Both the position numbers and the translations under genes were made by a program. 64,000 bases of DNA from an uncultured archaeon (lineage in GTDB: Archaea > Aenigmatarchaeota > Aenigmatarchaeia > PWEA01 > JAGHBM01): assembly GCA_964584335.1 (NCBI GenBank), contig CAZOZN010000002.1, positions 8,025 through 72,024 on the forward strand, given 5' to 3'. Shown in pieces: positions 1 through 9,453 of the stretch. The stretch's first letter is position 1, and the number at the start of each line of letters is the position of its first letter. The notes under the pieces are model-generated. The model was not told the DNA's origin. It worked only from the letters and a program-made list of their open reading frames with translations, and did no database searches.

Positions 1-3000
1 GAGTTTATGTAAAGTATCGTTCCTGTACAATCTGTTATGTTTTTAGTCAAAGTAGTGGATTCATTGACGTAATCACCGCAATCCAAAACCTTCTTTACCT
101 TTATCTCGTGTTCCGAACCAAGGTTTATAGTAAAAGATGGAAGGTTGCCGGAGCCGTCCGTGATTAAGGTATAAGCAATCACAGAATTGTTGTAAACATT
201 ATAATATTCGTTTGAAAGCAATCCACTCAAGTCGTAAGTTGTCGTTACTCCGGAACCGCTCGTATTGCTGTCATTCCACTTCAATTCTCCCTGCTTCCAG
301 GTTAACAGTTCTCTTTCCAGAGTTGCCTGCGTGGAAACGGAAGTATTTAGCCATATACCTGACGAAGAATCGTTCTTGTAGTTAAAGCTGCTTGAAGTAT
401 CATTTAAGTTTATTTCTCTTGCTGTCGTGAATCCAGTATCAACAAAGTAGTCCGCGTCCGAACCCATTAATACATAATCATCACCGGAGCTGGCGCTTAT
501 TACTCCGCCGGTAATGCCTGAACCCGAACCCTTGAAAAGCCTTACTCCCGCATTCTGACCGGTTATTGTGTTGTCTGTTAAGGTGTTGTCGGAAGAACCG
601 AAAAACACTATACCCTCGTAACCGTCATCTATGATATTATTGTTCATTACTATGTTGCTGTGATTTATCCACAATCCACGCCCCCTGTAATCAGAAATAT
701 CGGAATTCCAACCGCAGTAATAAAGACTGCTGTCGTTCATCAAAAATCCTTCAGAGCTGTAAACCCAGAAGAAGAAATGAGCGCTTTCATTTCCTCCGTT
801 AACCTTTCCACCATTTGATATTATAGATTTGTCAAAAATCTCAAGATATCCCCTTGGAGTAACTTCTATTCCAATATGACCGTCTCTCGAAGCATTAATA
901 AGAAGCTTGGTGCGATTTACGTAATACCTGCCTACTATAGTTACATTGTTATTAACTATCAATGTCTCATTTGAAAGGACTGTCTTAAGGGTAGCATTGT
1001 CCTTAACTACCAAGGAACTCATATTTATGCTTCCCCTCCTGAAAACAACTTCCATATCGCTATCTATCACAAGATTCTTGTCAGTTGTTATGTTCATGTT
1101 CTCGCAAGTTAAGTTTCTGTTTATTGTCCAGTTTTCTCCGTACTTTGGAGGATAACACCTGCTCTTTGTGGTAAAGGAATATGTCTGGGAATTATTCCAC
1201 TTGTTTGAGGTATCGTTTGCGTAAACCTTCCAGGCAATTCCCGCGCCATAAGTAGAGTTGATTACCTTGGTAACGTTTGACCAGTCCTGAGTCCCACCGT
1301 TTGGGAAAGAAGACCACGTGTCGTTGTGCCAATTATCGTCGGATGAGGTAATGTTCCAAAACATTGAGTACTCAAAAATCGCACCGTTTTGGTTAACATT
1401 CCTTATATTTTTCCAATCGCCTGAAGTATTATAACAGTACCAATCAATATCTCCATTAATTGCATTAGAAAAAAATCTAAAAACTAGTTTAGAACTATCA
1501 TAGTTCCAGCAAGAAGAAGGTATTGTAAGATTATCGCTGCCGAAACCATCCTTAATTTTCAACAAGCTAAAGCTTAAGGCGCCATCGGGTTTAGTATAGT
1601 TAAAGTAATAATATGTACCAGGGCCGGAAATCGAAGTACTCCAATTTCCATCACGAGATAATGAACCATCAGGACCGTCATCGTAGTAAGAACCGGTGTA
1701 ATACAAAGCACAGTTTCCGTCAACAGGAGGATCTTCATCAGTTGAAGTTTGGTTAGTTGAATTGTCTGTCATATTTGTAAATTCTTGATAACATAAGCTT
1801 CCGCTAGATACAGCTCCGCAATCAGTCCCGTTCCAGCTACCGTTGCACAAGGAAAAAATGTAGCCGCTTAATCCGGAATCCTCCGTCCAGTTAAGTCCGA
1901 ACTTTACGGCTTCACCGGCATAGCTTGAATTAGTGTAATTATTCCAGTACTTTGGTGCAGCATTACCAACGACTCTTATCTCCTTTTCGCTGCCGTCATG
2001 GCTTATCGTAAAGCCTTCCAGTTCCCCGTTTGCGTCAGTGCTCAAAGTGTAAGCAAGAACAGAATTATTGTATACATTATAGCTTTCACTGGCATCGAGC
2101 CCGCTTATGTTGTATGTCGCAACCAAGGATGAAGAAGACGTATCGTTCCATTTTACCAAACTAACTCCCCAGTTGGTTATCTTTCTTGTAAGGTTGTGAC
2201 CGCCCGTGTCAACGGATGTGTTGACAAAAAGACCGCCGGAGTCGTGGTCATAGTTAAACCTAGAACCCGTGTCCACGAGATGGATTATTCTTTCCCGGGA
2301 AAAATTTGTCTCAACGAAAGAGTTGTTGTATGAATTCGACTCAAGTCTGTAATCTCTCATGTTCGAGTGAATGGAGCCAAGTTTTATCAGGTTGTTTGAG
2401 GAATCATAAGCAACTAAACCATTTGTATTTGACTTGATTATGTTGCCTGTCAAATAGTTATCAAGAGATTTGTATATGTAAATTCCGCTTGTGCTATAAG
2501 TTACGTTGTTGTAACTTACGTTATTTGAAGATGAAGGAGTGGAAGAAATCTTGAATATATAAATTCCTTTTGTGGCATTATATATTTCGTTATATTTTAC
2601 TATGTTGTTTTCACTGCCGTGAACTTCTATTCCATAACAAAAATTGGAACCATTAAATTCATTATTTAAAATATTATTGTAATTAGAATAAGACAACCTT
2701 AATAAGTATGAGTTAGATTCCTGACCTTTAAGTAAATTATTTTGAATAGTATTATTGTAAGATTGATAAAGACCGATTCCGTCTCCTTCTGTTCCCCTAA
2801 AAGTATTTTGAATTATAGTATTGTTTCTCGACTTTAAATAAATCTTTTGATTTCTTCCGTCATAAAAAGTATTATTCTCAACTAAACAAAAATCCGAACC
2901 AGTATCTATAATCAAAGAAATCTCATCTAAACCAGTATGTTTAACAGTATGTATAGTGTTGTTTTCAATTGTGCTGTTAGGACAGGAATCCAAATCAACG

Positions 3001-6000
3001 TTATAATTGGCATTATTGTGAATTGTATTGTTTAGAATAGTAGTGTTTCTGCCTGATTGGCATTGTATCCCATCGTAAAAATCCCTTATTTCGCAGTTCT
3101 TTATTGTATTGTAGTTTGAGCCGTCGCCTGTGTTATCCAATATAATTCCATACTCATGGGAGCCCGCACCATCGCCATCAAAGGTGTTGCCCTGACAGTC
3201 AAAAGTAACACCGTCCTTACCATTGAAATCTATACATGTTCCGTCATATTCCGCGGGTGTGGTTATCAACCTGACTTCATCCCCCGAAGAGGTGTTTCCA
3301 ACAGCCGATTCACAGTCATCACAATCGGTGCACTCAGCTATGTTTGTCACTGTGAATGTTCCTATTGAAGTAGAATTCTGGTTTCCGTAGGTGTTGTTTG
3401 CGTAGAACCTGTAACCAACCGCCTTGTTGAGACAGCCAAAAGGTATCCTCTTTGTTGTATTTGTCCAGTTGCCTGCCTGGAAAGTTGAAGTGCTTACGTT
3501 GGACCATCCGCCGGAGCAGTTGTTTGTTCCGTTCCAGCTGAAGGTATAATTTGAAAGCTCGCTTTCGTCAGTCCACTGCGAATACATCTTAACATAGGTT
3601 CCGGCGTTAGGTCCGGTAACGTTATCGCCGAAGTTCGAATAACTCGGTTTTTCCACATAAGACAGTGTGGTGTTGAAGGTGTATATTTCAGATGTGTTCC
3701 AGTTACCGGATGTGTCATTTGCCCTTACCTGCCAGGCAATCCAAGAACCGACAGTAGAATTAACTACCTTGGTAACATTGGACCAGTCTTCCGTACCGGA
3801 AAAGCCACCGCTTTCGTCGGTCCATGTATCATTCTGCCAACCCGATCCAAGACAATTTGCTCCGTTCCACGTCCCGTTACAAAAACTGAAAATGTATCCG
3901 GAAAGACCGACGTTGTCTGTCCATCTCAGACTGAATTCAACATCCTCGCCAGCTCCCGTAGAATTAGTCGAGTTGTCAAAATACTTGGGCTCCTCTGAGT
4001 CAACAACAGTGTATGTCTGCATTGGCATCGTGTAATTCCAGTTATCGCTGGTGTCATTAGCATACAAGAACCATCCAATGAGAGAGCCTGCTCCGGCAGT
4101 TGCCTGACTAGATACGTTAGACCATCCATAAGTTTTATTCTCAGTGGTGGTGAACATCAAATCGTAGTCAGAGCCTGTTCTGTTAGCATATGAAATTACC
4201 GCGTAATCCATAGAATCATATTTTTCTGCGACAAGAGTTCCCCTATTAATAGATATAGACCTGTCTCTGCCGTAAGTATACCTGTAAAGTCCCACAATAT
4301 TTCTGCAGGACCAACCACCGTCACCTTTGCAGTATCTCATTCTGTAAGGAACGGTATAGTTAACGTGAACTATGTGTATATCGTTGTTTTCATCGATAGC
4401 GATAGAGGAATAACGCCCGACATCGCCTCCTGTATCGATAGCACCACAATCCGGGCTTCCGCCAGAAATTCTACAGTACCTTAAATTGTCGTTTGTTGAA
4501 TCATAATGGCTTATATGAGAAACCCCATTAGGAGAAAGTGCTATCGACGAAAAAGAACCGTAAACATTCGTAGCATGACTGTCAGCGTCCATGCAACTAA
4601 AGCTCATACTATTAAAACCACTTTCCTCGCAATATCTCAAGTTACCGGAACTGGCATTCTGATGGCTTATTATAGAAATCAAATCTCTTCCAATGGCTAT
4701 TGAATTGTAGTAACCAACATTTCCTCCAGATTCAACGTCAGTACAGGACCAAGAGCCCCCATAAAACCTACAATATCTCAGGTCTCTGTTATCTATTTCC
4801 TGGTGTACGATTCTTACCATATCTTTATCTCCGACCGCTATAGAGCAATAGTAACCATCCTGTGTCTCCGAGTCAGGCGAAGAACAGCTCCAGGAACCCC
4901 CAGAGTTGTTGCAGTACCTTAAGTCCCTACTGGTATCATTGTAGTGACATATGTGAAGTACGTCAAATCTGTCTACTGCTATTGAAGAATGCATACCAAC
5001 AACACCTCCCGTCTCCACTGCAGTACAGCTCCAAGAGCCCCCCGAATTATTGCAGTATCTCAGGTCTCTGTTATCAGCATCATAATGGCTTATATGGTAG
5101 ACACCGTTGGAATCCACCGCAATAGAACTGTCATATCCCAAATTATTTGTAGTTTCCACCGTGCCGTTTGTCTGGTCAAAAAACTTTTCAGTATAGTTGG
5201 TCCAGGAACTCGTACCGTTCCACGAGAAAGTGTATGAATCCAGTTCCACGTCATCCTCCCAGAAGGCATAGTGCTTTACGTAATCATTTTGTTCAGGGTA
5301 TGTTCCAGCCGAAGAGTTATCACCCTCTTTTGAATATTTCGGCGGCTCGGAATCTATTGTTGTGGTTGTGGAGGTTGTTGATGTGGTGGAGGTAGTTGAA
5401 GTGGTCGATGTGGTGGAGGTGGTGGAAGTTGTTGAGGTGGAGGTTGAAGTCGAGGTTGATGTCGTGGAGGTGGTGGAGGTTGTGGACGTAGATGTTGAAG
5501 TCGAGGTTGATGTTGTTGAAGAAGCACTGCATATACATTCTTGAAACGGCTGGCAATTATTCTGTACTGGCAACTTACAATCACCAAATCTGCATCCTGA
5601 AACAGTACAGTTTGGTTGATTAACCATACTACAAGAACCGGAAGCACAATAACTCAAAGCTTGACAACTACTGTCACAGTCGTAAATTGTTGTTGTTGTT
5701 GTTGTTGTTTCTACGTCGCATACACAAAATCTCTCTGGAGCGTCATTGCATGGGTCCGTGTCAAATATACATGGCGTGCTGTCGCATGTACCACTGCAAC
5801 CCGGATAACTATCATCCGTACAATACCCCGTATCACAATTCTCATCCATTTTTTGGCAAGCTTCCGCACATTCTTTATCATCCAGAGTCCCGTAATCCCC
5901 CCCGCTTTCCGCATCACCGTACCAGCCGTAGTCGTATGGCTCCATTGTTTTTTTGTTTTTTACCGCGTTATGGAGGTCCAGACGGGATATGTTTATTTCA

Positions 6001-7784
6001 AGAGTCGAGTTGTATTCGTAGATAATTGGAAGCCCTGTGCTCCTGAGCCTTTGCTTAAGGTCCGTTACGTTGAGTGTTTCTTTTTCAAGCAAAAGAAGCG
6101 ATGCACCAGATACGTGAGGTGCTGAAAAGGAGGTTCCGGTTCCGGTTCCTGAAGGCGTGGTTATGTTTACTCCGGGAGAAAAAGAGTCAAGGGTGGGATT
6201 GACTGAAGAAAAATTTGCTATGTTGTCATTATCATCCGTGGCTCCTACGGAAAAAACCTTTGAGCCGCACGCGGGCGCTTTCATGCTCCTGTTTCCCTCG
6301 TTTCCGGCGGCGGCGACAACAAAAATCTGCTGGTCAAACGCCTGTGCGCTCATGCTAGCAACGAGGTTTGAATCGCAAAAACCGTCGTAATTTCCCGAAC
6401 CTATGGAGAAGCTTATCAAATCGGGCTCCTGGTCTATGCACCATTCAAGACCTGCAAGTACGTCCGATTCGTAGCCAAAACCGCTTCCGTTTATAACCTT
6501 TGCAACAAGTATATCCGCATCAGGTGCAATTTCATCTATTATCGAAACTACTTTTGTGCCGTGTCCGTTGTTGTCTTCGGGGTCGGTATCATTGTTAACA
6601 AAATCATAACCGTCTAAAAAATCGATGCCGGAAACGCCCGTGTCCAGAACACAGACAGTCTTTCCAGAACCTGTCAAGTTAAATTCATCTACTGACTCGT
6701 TCCATCTTATTATTGGAAGGGATTCCTCAAGCAGGAGAGAGAATTTGCTGTCTATTCTTATCTCCAATATATCAGTATTGTTTCTAAGTAATTCGAGGTC
6801 CTCTTCACTTAATTTGGTAGAAATAAAATTAATCCTGTCAAGACCCTTTGTTTTCCTGTCATAGCTTTCACTTCCTCTCAGGGAAGGTATTCTTTCATTA
6901 ATCAATTTCCAGTAGGCAGACTGGTTTCTTGCCCTTACCAAAACTCTTACCCTTTCCTTTTTTCTTAATTCTTCCTCTACTTTTCTGTCAACATCAACAT
7001 TGTACTTCACAGAAAGAAATGGATTTTCTTCCTTTACCAAGGGATTTTTAAGCTTGATTTCCTCAAAACTGTAATCAATCTCATCTATGTATAAAACCAC
7101 ATTATCAAGTTCCATCTCTATGCTGTAAGAACTGTCGGTAAGGTTTTCGACACTTAGATTGCATGTTTCCCTGCATTCGTTGTTAAAATTTACTGTAACA
7201 GAATCCAAATTAATTTCCCGTGATATCGATGAGGTAGTTTGAAGAGAAGTTGTTGTGTTTGTTAATTGTTCTGTTTCATTTTCCAAAGTCTTATTTTCTT
7301 TTATTGTATTATTTGAGAAGGTATCGTTTTGAATTATTGTCGTTTGTGTTGTTGATGTTGTAGGTATTGTTGTGTTTACAGAAGTTTCATTTTGTCTAAT
7401 TGTTGTGGTGGTGTTTTCATCTTTGTTTGTTTCATTCCCAAAAGTAGTATTATCTCCTATAATATAACCTGTTATGCCTGATTCTGTCCTTATTATTGTA
7501 TGGTTTAAAAGTAGATATCTTTTTTCTTCATTTACAAGATAAACTCTTGCGTATCCTGTATCATTTCCCCTTATGTAACCTGTCGCCTTTAAAAAAGAAA
7601 GCTTGCCCTCATCATAATTATCAGGTTCCCAGACAAAACTACTGTTACCCTCTGCAATTACATCAATTTCCTGAGACTCCGCGGCAGTATAGAGACCAGT
7701 TATGCCGCTTCTTTCATAAAAGACCAAAGGACTGAGCGCCAGAATTATAAGTGAGAATAGCAAAAATTCCCTTAAAATTTTCAT
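1..7784 (-). CDS. Giant secreted/surface multidomain protein (partial; C-terminal end runs off the window; >=2594 aa). Domains: signal peptide, S8 subtilisin-like protease, Ser/Thr linkers, Cys-rich segment, ~45-aa repeats, two parallel beta-helix regions.
   Basis: Manual minus-strand translation from ATG at 7784-7782 (SD GGAGGTG 7 nt upstream): MKILREFLLFSLIILALSPLVFY... Subtilase triad motifs read directly: VLDTGVSGID (~6625-6660), NNGHGTKVVSI (~6555-6590), GTGTGTSFSAPHVSGAS (~6095-6135). Poly-STSTS and TTTTTTT linkers (~5340-5545, 5688-5711). Repeats SIA.D..G..HI.HYD...RDLRYC.NSGGSWSC (~4250-5150). PbH1-like NNTIxNN repeats (~2400-3100 and ~500-1100). The ORF track lists no plus-strand ORFs here and no >=60-aa minus-strand ORF sharing this start. 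It is absent from the track because it has no in-window stop. Confidence 0.8.
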   Translation of the reverse strand, partial: MKILREFLLFSLIILALSPLVFYERSGITGLYTAAESQEIDVIAEGNSSFVWEPDNYDEGKLSFLKATGYIRGNDTGYARVYLVNEEKRYLLLNHTIIRTESGITGYIIGDNTTFGNETNKDENTTTTIRQNETSVNTTIPTTSTTQTTIIQNDTFSNNTIKENKTLENETEQLTNTTTSLQTTSSISREINLDSVTVNFNNECRETCNLSVENLTDSSYSIEMELDNVVLYIDEIDYSFEEIKLKNPLVKEENPFLSVKYNVDVDRKVEEELRKKERVRVLVRARNQSAYWKLINERIPSLRGSESYDRKTKGLDRINFISTKLSEEDLELLRNNTDILEIRIDSKFSLLLEESLPIIRWNESVDEFNLTGSGKTVCVLDTGVSGIDFLDGYDFVNNDTDPEDNNGHGTKVVSIIDEIAPDADILVAKVINGSGFGYESDVLAGLEWCIDQEPDLISFSIGSGNYDGFCDSNLVASMSAQAFDQQIFVVAAAGNEGNRSMKAPACGSKVFSVGATDDNDNIANFSSVNPTLDSFSPGVNITTPSGTGTGTSFSAPHVSGASLLLLEKETLNVTDLKQRLRSTGLPIIYEYNSTLEINISRLDLHNAVKNKKTMEPYDYGWYGDAESGGDYGTLDDKECAEACQKMDENCDTGYCTDDSYPGCSGTCDSTPCIFDTDPCNDAPERFCVCDVETTTTTTTIYDCDSSCQALSYCASGSCSMVNQPNCTVSGCRFGDCKLPVQNNCQPFQECICSASSTTSTSTSTSTSTTSTTSTTSTSTSTSTSTTSTTSTTSTTSTTSTTSTTSTTTTIDSEPPKYSKEGDNSSAGTYPEQNDYVKHYAFWEDDVELDSYTFSWNGTSSWTNYTEKFFDQTNGTVETTNNLGYDSSIAVDSNGVYHISHYDADNRDLRYCNNSGGSWSCTAVETGGVVGMHSSIAVDRFDVLHICHYNDTSRDLRYCNNSGGSWSCSSPDSETQDGYYCSIAVGDKDMVRIVHQEIDNRDLRYCRFYGGSWSCTDVESGGNVGYYNSIAIGRDLISIISHQNASSGNLRYCEESGFNSMSFSCMDADSHATNVYGSFSSIALSPNGVSHISHYDSTNDNLRYCRISGGSPDCGAIDTGGDVGRYSSIAIDENNDIHIVHVNYTVPYRMRYCKGDGGWSCRNIVGLYRYTYGRDRSISINRGTLVAEKYDSMDYAVISYANRTGSDYDLMFTTTENKTYGWSNVSSQATAGAGSLIGWFLYANDTSDNWNYTMPMQTYTVVDSEEPKYFDNSTNSTGAGEDVEFSLRWTDNVGLSGYIFSFCNGTWNGANCLGSGWQNDTWTDESGGFSGTEDWSNVTKVVNSTVGSWIAWQVRANDTSGNWNTSEIYTFNTTLSYVEKPSYSNFGDNVTGPNAGTYVKMYSQWTDESELSNYTFSWNGTNNCSGGWSNVSTSTFQAGNWTNTTKRIPFGCLNKAVGYRFYANNTYGNQNSTSIGTFTVTNIAECTDCDDCESAVGNTSSGDEVRLITTPAEYDGTCIDFNGKDGVTFDCQGNTFDGDGAGSHEYGIILDNTGDGSNYNTIKNCEIRDFYDGIQCQSGRNTTILNNTIHNNANYNVDLDSCPNSTIENNTIHTVKHTGLDEISLIIDTGSDFCLVENNTFYDGRNQKIYLKSRNNTIIQNTFRGTEGDGIGLYQSYNNTIQNNLLKGQESNSYLLRLSYSNYNNILNNEFNGSNFCYGIEVHGSENNIVKYNEIYNATKGIYIFKISSTPSSSNNVSYNNVTYSTSGIYIYKSLDNYLTGNIIKSNTNGLVAYDSSNNLIKLGSIHSNMRDYRLESNSYNNSFVETNFSRERIIHLVDTGSRFNYDHDSGGLFVNTSVDTGGHNLTRKITNWGVSLVKWNDTSSSSLVATYNISGLDASESYNVYNNSVLAYTLSTDANGELEGFTISHDGSEKEIRVVGNAAPKYWNNYTNSSYAGEAVKFGLNWTEDSGLSGYIFSLCNGSWNGTDCGAVSSGSLCYQEFTNMTDNSTNQTSTDEDPPVDGNCALYYTGSYYDDGPDGSLSRDGNWSTSISGPGTYYYFNYTKPDGALSFSLLKIKDGFGSDNLTIPSSCWNYDSSKLVFRFFSNAINGDIDWYCYNTSGDWKNIRNVNQNGAIFEYSMFWNITSSDDNWHNDTWSSFPNGGTQDWSNVTKVINSTYGAGIAWKVYANDTSNKWNNSQTYSFTTKSRCYPPKYGENWTINRNLTCENMNITTDKNLVIDSDMEVVFRRGSINMSSLVVKDNATLKTVLSNETLIVNNNVTIVGRYYVNRTKLLINASRDGHIGIEVTPRGYLEIFDKSIISNGGKVNGGNESAHFFFWVYSSEGFLMNDSSLYYCGWNSDISDYRGRGLWINHSNIVMNNNIIDDGYEGIVFFGSSDNTLTDNTITGQNAGVRLFKGSGSGITGGVISASSGDDYVLMGSDADYFVDTGFTTAREINLNDTSSSFNYKNDSSSGIWLNTSVSTQATLERELLTWKQGELKWNDSNTSGSGVTTTYDLSGLLSNEYYNVYNNSVIAYTLITDGSGNLPSFTINLGSEHEIKVKKVLDCGDYVNESTTLTKNITDCTGTILYIN

Positions 7785-7993
7785 TTCTTTGCACCTCCGT
7801 TGAGGTAGCAAAGCTTTGCTATGCCCAGCTTTCTTATCTTTATCTTTCCAGAGCCCTCCAGCCTGTAAACATACTTGGTAACCGTGTGCCTGTGGGCTCC
7901 TATCGCATCCGCAAGGTCAAGTATCATCGTGCCTTCTGGATGCTTCTTGAGGTATTTTAGTATCTTTTTTTCTATTTCTTCCATTAAAAACAC
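7781..7993 (-). CDS. Small winged-helix (wHTH) DNA-binding transcriptional regulator; its stop overlaps the giant gene start (ATGA).
   Basis: 70 aa; ...ILDLADAIGAHRHTVTKYVYRLEGSGKIKIRKLG is a typical HTH recognition helix plus wing. TGA stop at 7783-7781 overlaps ATG 7784-7782 of the downstream giant gene. Confidence 0.6.
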   Translation of the reverse strand: MFLMEEIEKKILKYLKKHPEGTMILDLADAIGAHRHTVTKYVYRLEGSGKIKIRKLGIAKLCYLNGGAKK

Positions 7994-8229
7994 TATCTGG
8001 TTAATATTTGGAATGGGGGTGAGGGTGTCCCAATTTTTGGTAGACCTAAATGGTGGACCTATAAATTGTACATATATGTATAATTATATTACCATGTCGA
8101 TGTTTAAATAGAACATACGAACTGTCGAAAAAACATTAACAAAAAAACTCTATTTTAATTTTCATTGACTCTAAGACCTTTATAAAGAAAAACCGACAGC
8201 TTTTTAAATAATATAATACCATTTATTTT

Positions 8230-8622
8230 ATGGGTGTTAAATTGGGTGACAAGAATCAGGGGAAAATTCTTGTTTCTGAAGACTTGCTCAAGGTAAGAAA
8301 CCTGATAGGAGCACCAAGAAAAATAAGAGTTAGGGATAACAGAGAAGAAGTTCTTACACAGCTTAAGGAGCTGGGCTATAAGATAGAAACAATTGAAAAA
8401 AACAAGAAAAGAAACAAAAAGAGCATAACACCCAAAAGAAAAAAGCAGATTTTGTTCATACTAAAAGACAAGAAATTGACTTCTAGAAAAGTTGGTAAAA
8501 TACTCGGTATGTCGAGAAGCAGGGCAAACGAATACCTCAAGTTCATGGAGGAAGAAGGTATTTTAGTGGGCGAAAAGAAAGGAAGGAAAAAATATTATAC
8601 AATAAAATTGGTGACAAAATGA
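8230..8622 (+). CDS. Lys-rich DNA-binding protein with C-terminal wHTH; overlaps the downstream MinD/ParA gene by 4 nt.
   Basis: 130 aa; C-terminal LTSRKVGKILGMSRSRANEYLKFMEEEGILVGEKKGRKKYY is a wHTH; ATGA overlap at 8619-8622. Confidence 0.5.
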   Translation: MGVKLGDKNQGKILVSEDLLKVRNLIGAPRKIRVRDNREEVLTQLKELGYKIETIEKNKKRNKKSITPKRKKQILFILKDKKLTSRKVGKILGMSRSRANEYLKFMEEEGILVGEKKGRKKYYTIKLVTK

Positions 8623-9368
8623 AGGAAGTTATAGGAATTGTATCGGGCAAGGGTGGCGTAGGAAAAACCACAACAACAGTTAACCTCGGGATGGCAATGC
8701 ACAAACTCGGGGAAAATGTTATAGTAGTTGACGGTGACATAAAGAATCCCAACTTTGGAATGCATCTTGGTGTCTTTGACTACCATGTTACTTTAAACGA
8801 GGCAATGGAAAAAAATATCCCTGTTTTTGAGGCCCTTCATATACATGAAACCGGTCTAAGGTTCATACCCTCTCATATATCTTTGCACTACCTTAACACC
8901 AATCCAGAAAAAATTAAAAACAAGTTTGACCGTCTTGATTCAAAAATACTTATAGACTCCCCGCCGGGACTCGACAAAAGTGCCCTGTCAGTGTTGGAGG
9001 CATGTGACAGCATAATAGCAGTGACCAGACCGCATCTTCCTGACTTGACAGACTGCATGAAGACAGTAGAAGTTGCAAGAGATATGGGGAAAGATATAAA
9101 AGGAATAGTTATAAACTCGATGAGATACGAAGACTACGAAATACCAAGCGAAGAAATAGAGGCGATAACAGGCCTTCCTATAATACAAAAAATACCGTGG
9201 GATGAAAATGTTCTAAAAAGCCTTGCAAGAAAAAAACCTATTGTTGATTTGAGAGATATATCGCCAGCAGCAATAAGCTACTACCAGCTGGCTTCAAAAA
9301 TAACTAACATAGAATATAAAAAACCGCTTTTCCTGGATTTCAGAAGGTTTTTCGCCAGGAGATTATGA
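8619..9368 (+). CDS. MinD/ParA-family P-loop ATPase (deviant Walker A).
   Basis: GIVSGKGGVGKTTTTVNLG deviant Walker A; VVDGD Walker A' region; ~250 aa, typical of archaeal MinD/ParA. Confidence 0.8.
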   Translation: MKEVIGIVSGKGGVGKTTTTVNLGMAMHKLGENVIVVDGDIKNPNFGMHLGVFDYHVTLNEAMEKNIPVFEALHIHETGLRFIPSHISLHYLNTNPEKIKNKFDRLDSKILIDSPPGLDKSALSVLEACDSIIAVTRPHLPDLTDCMKTVEVARDMGKDIKGIVINSMRYEDYEIPSEEIEAITGLPIIQKIPWDENVLKSLARKKPIVDLRDISPAAISYYQLASKITNIEYKKPLFLDFRRFFARRL

Positions 9369-9384
9369 ATAACGGCATTAATTA

Positions 9385-9393
9385 TTTATATAT
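9385..9393 (+). promoter_or_regulatory. Candidate archaeal TATA box (TTTATATAT) upstream of tuf; SD GGAGGTG at 9441-9447.
   Basis: AT-rich TATA-like octamer about 60 nt upstream of the ATG at 9454; a strong SD precedes the start. Confidence 0.3.
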
Positions 9394-9453
9394 GTATTTT
9401 TACAAAAATTAACACATCTAATCATTTAGATAAAAAATATGGAGGTGTAAAGA

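Noticed and set aside
3494-5917. Short minus-strand ORFs (3494..3718, 3926..4129, 5320..5556, 5354..5647 poly-P/Q, 5711..5917) inside the giant gene.
   Set aside because: They are alternative frames of the same strand within the giant ORF. The poly-PQ/His-rich translations derive from the repeat DNA. The main frame is continuous and carries the recognisable domains.
946-6390. All plus-strand ORF-track entries within 1-7784 (e.g. 946..1155, 3156..3368, 3667..4035, 4862..5125, 5362..5544 'VVEVVDVV', 5616..6125 'CCCCCCC', 6157..6390).
   Set aside because: They are antisense to the giant minus-strand ORF. Their odd compositions (poly-VE, poly-C) are the reverse-complement read of the STS/TTT linkers. 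None has an SD or a conserved motif.
8543-9188. Minus-strand small ORFs (8543..8752, 8595..8786, 8988..9188) antisense to the HTH/MinD genes.
   Set aside because: Antisense to a confidently assigned P-loop ATPase gene; no motifs.
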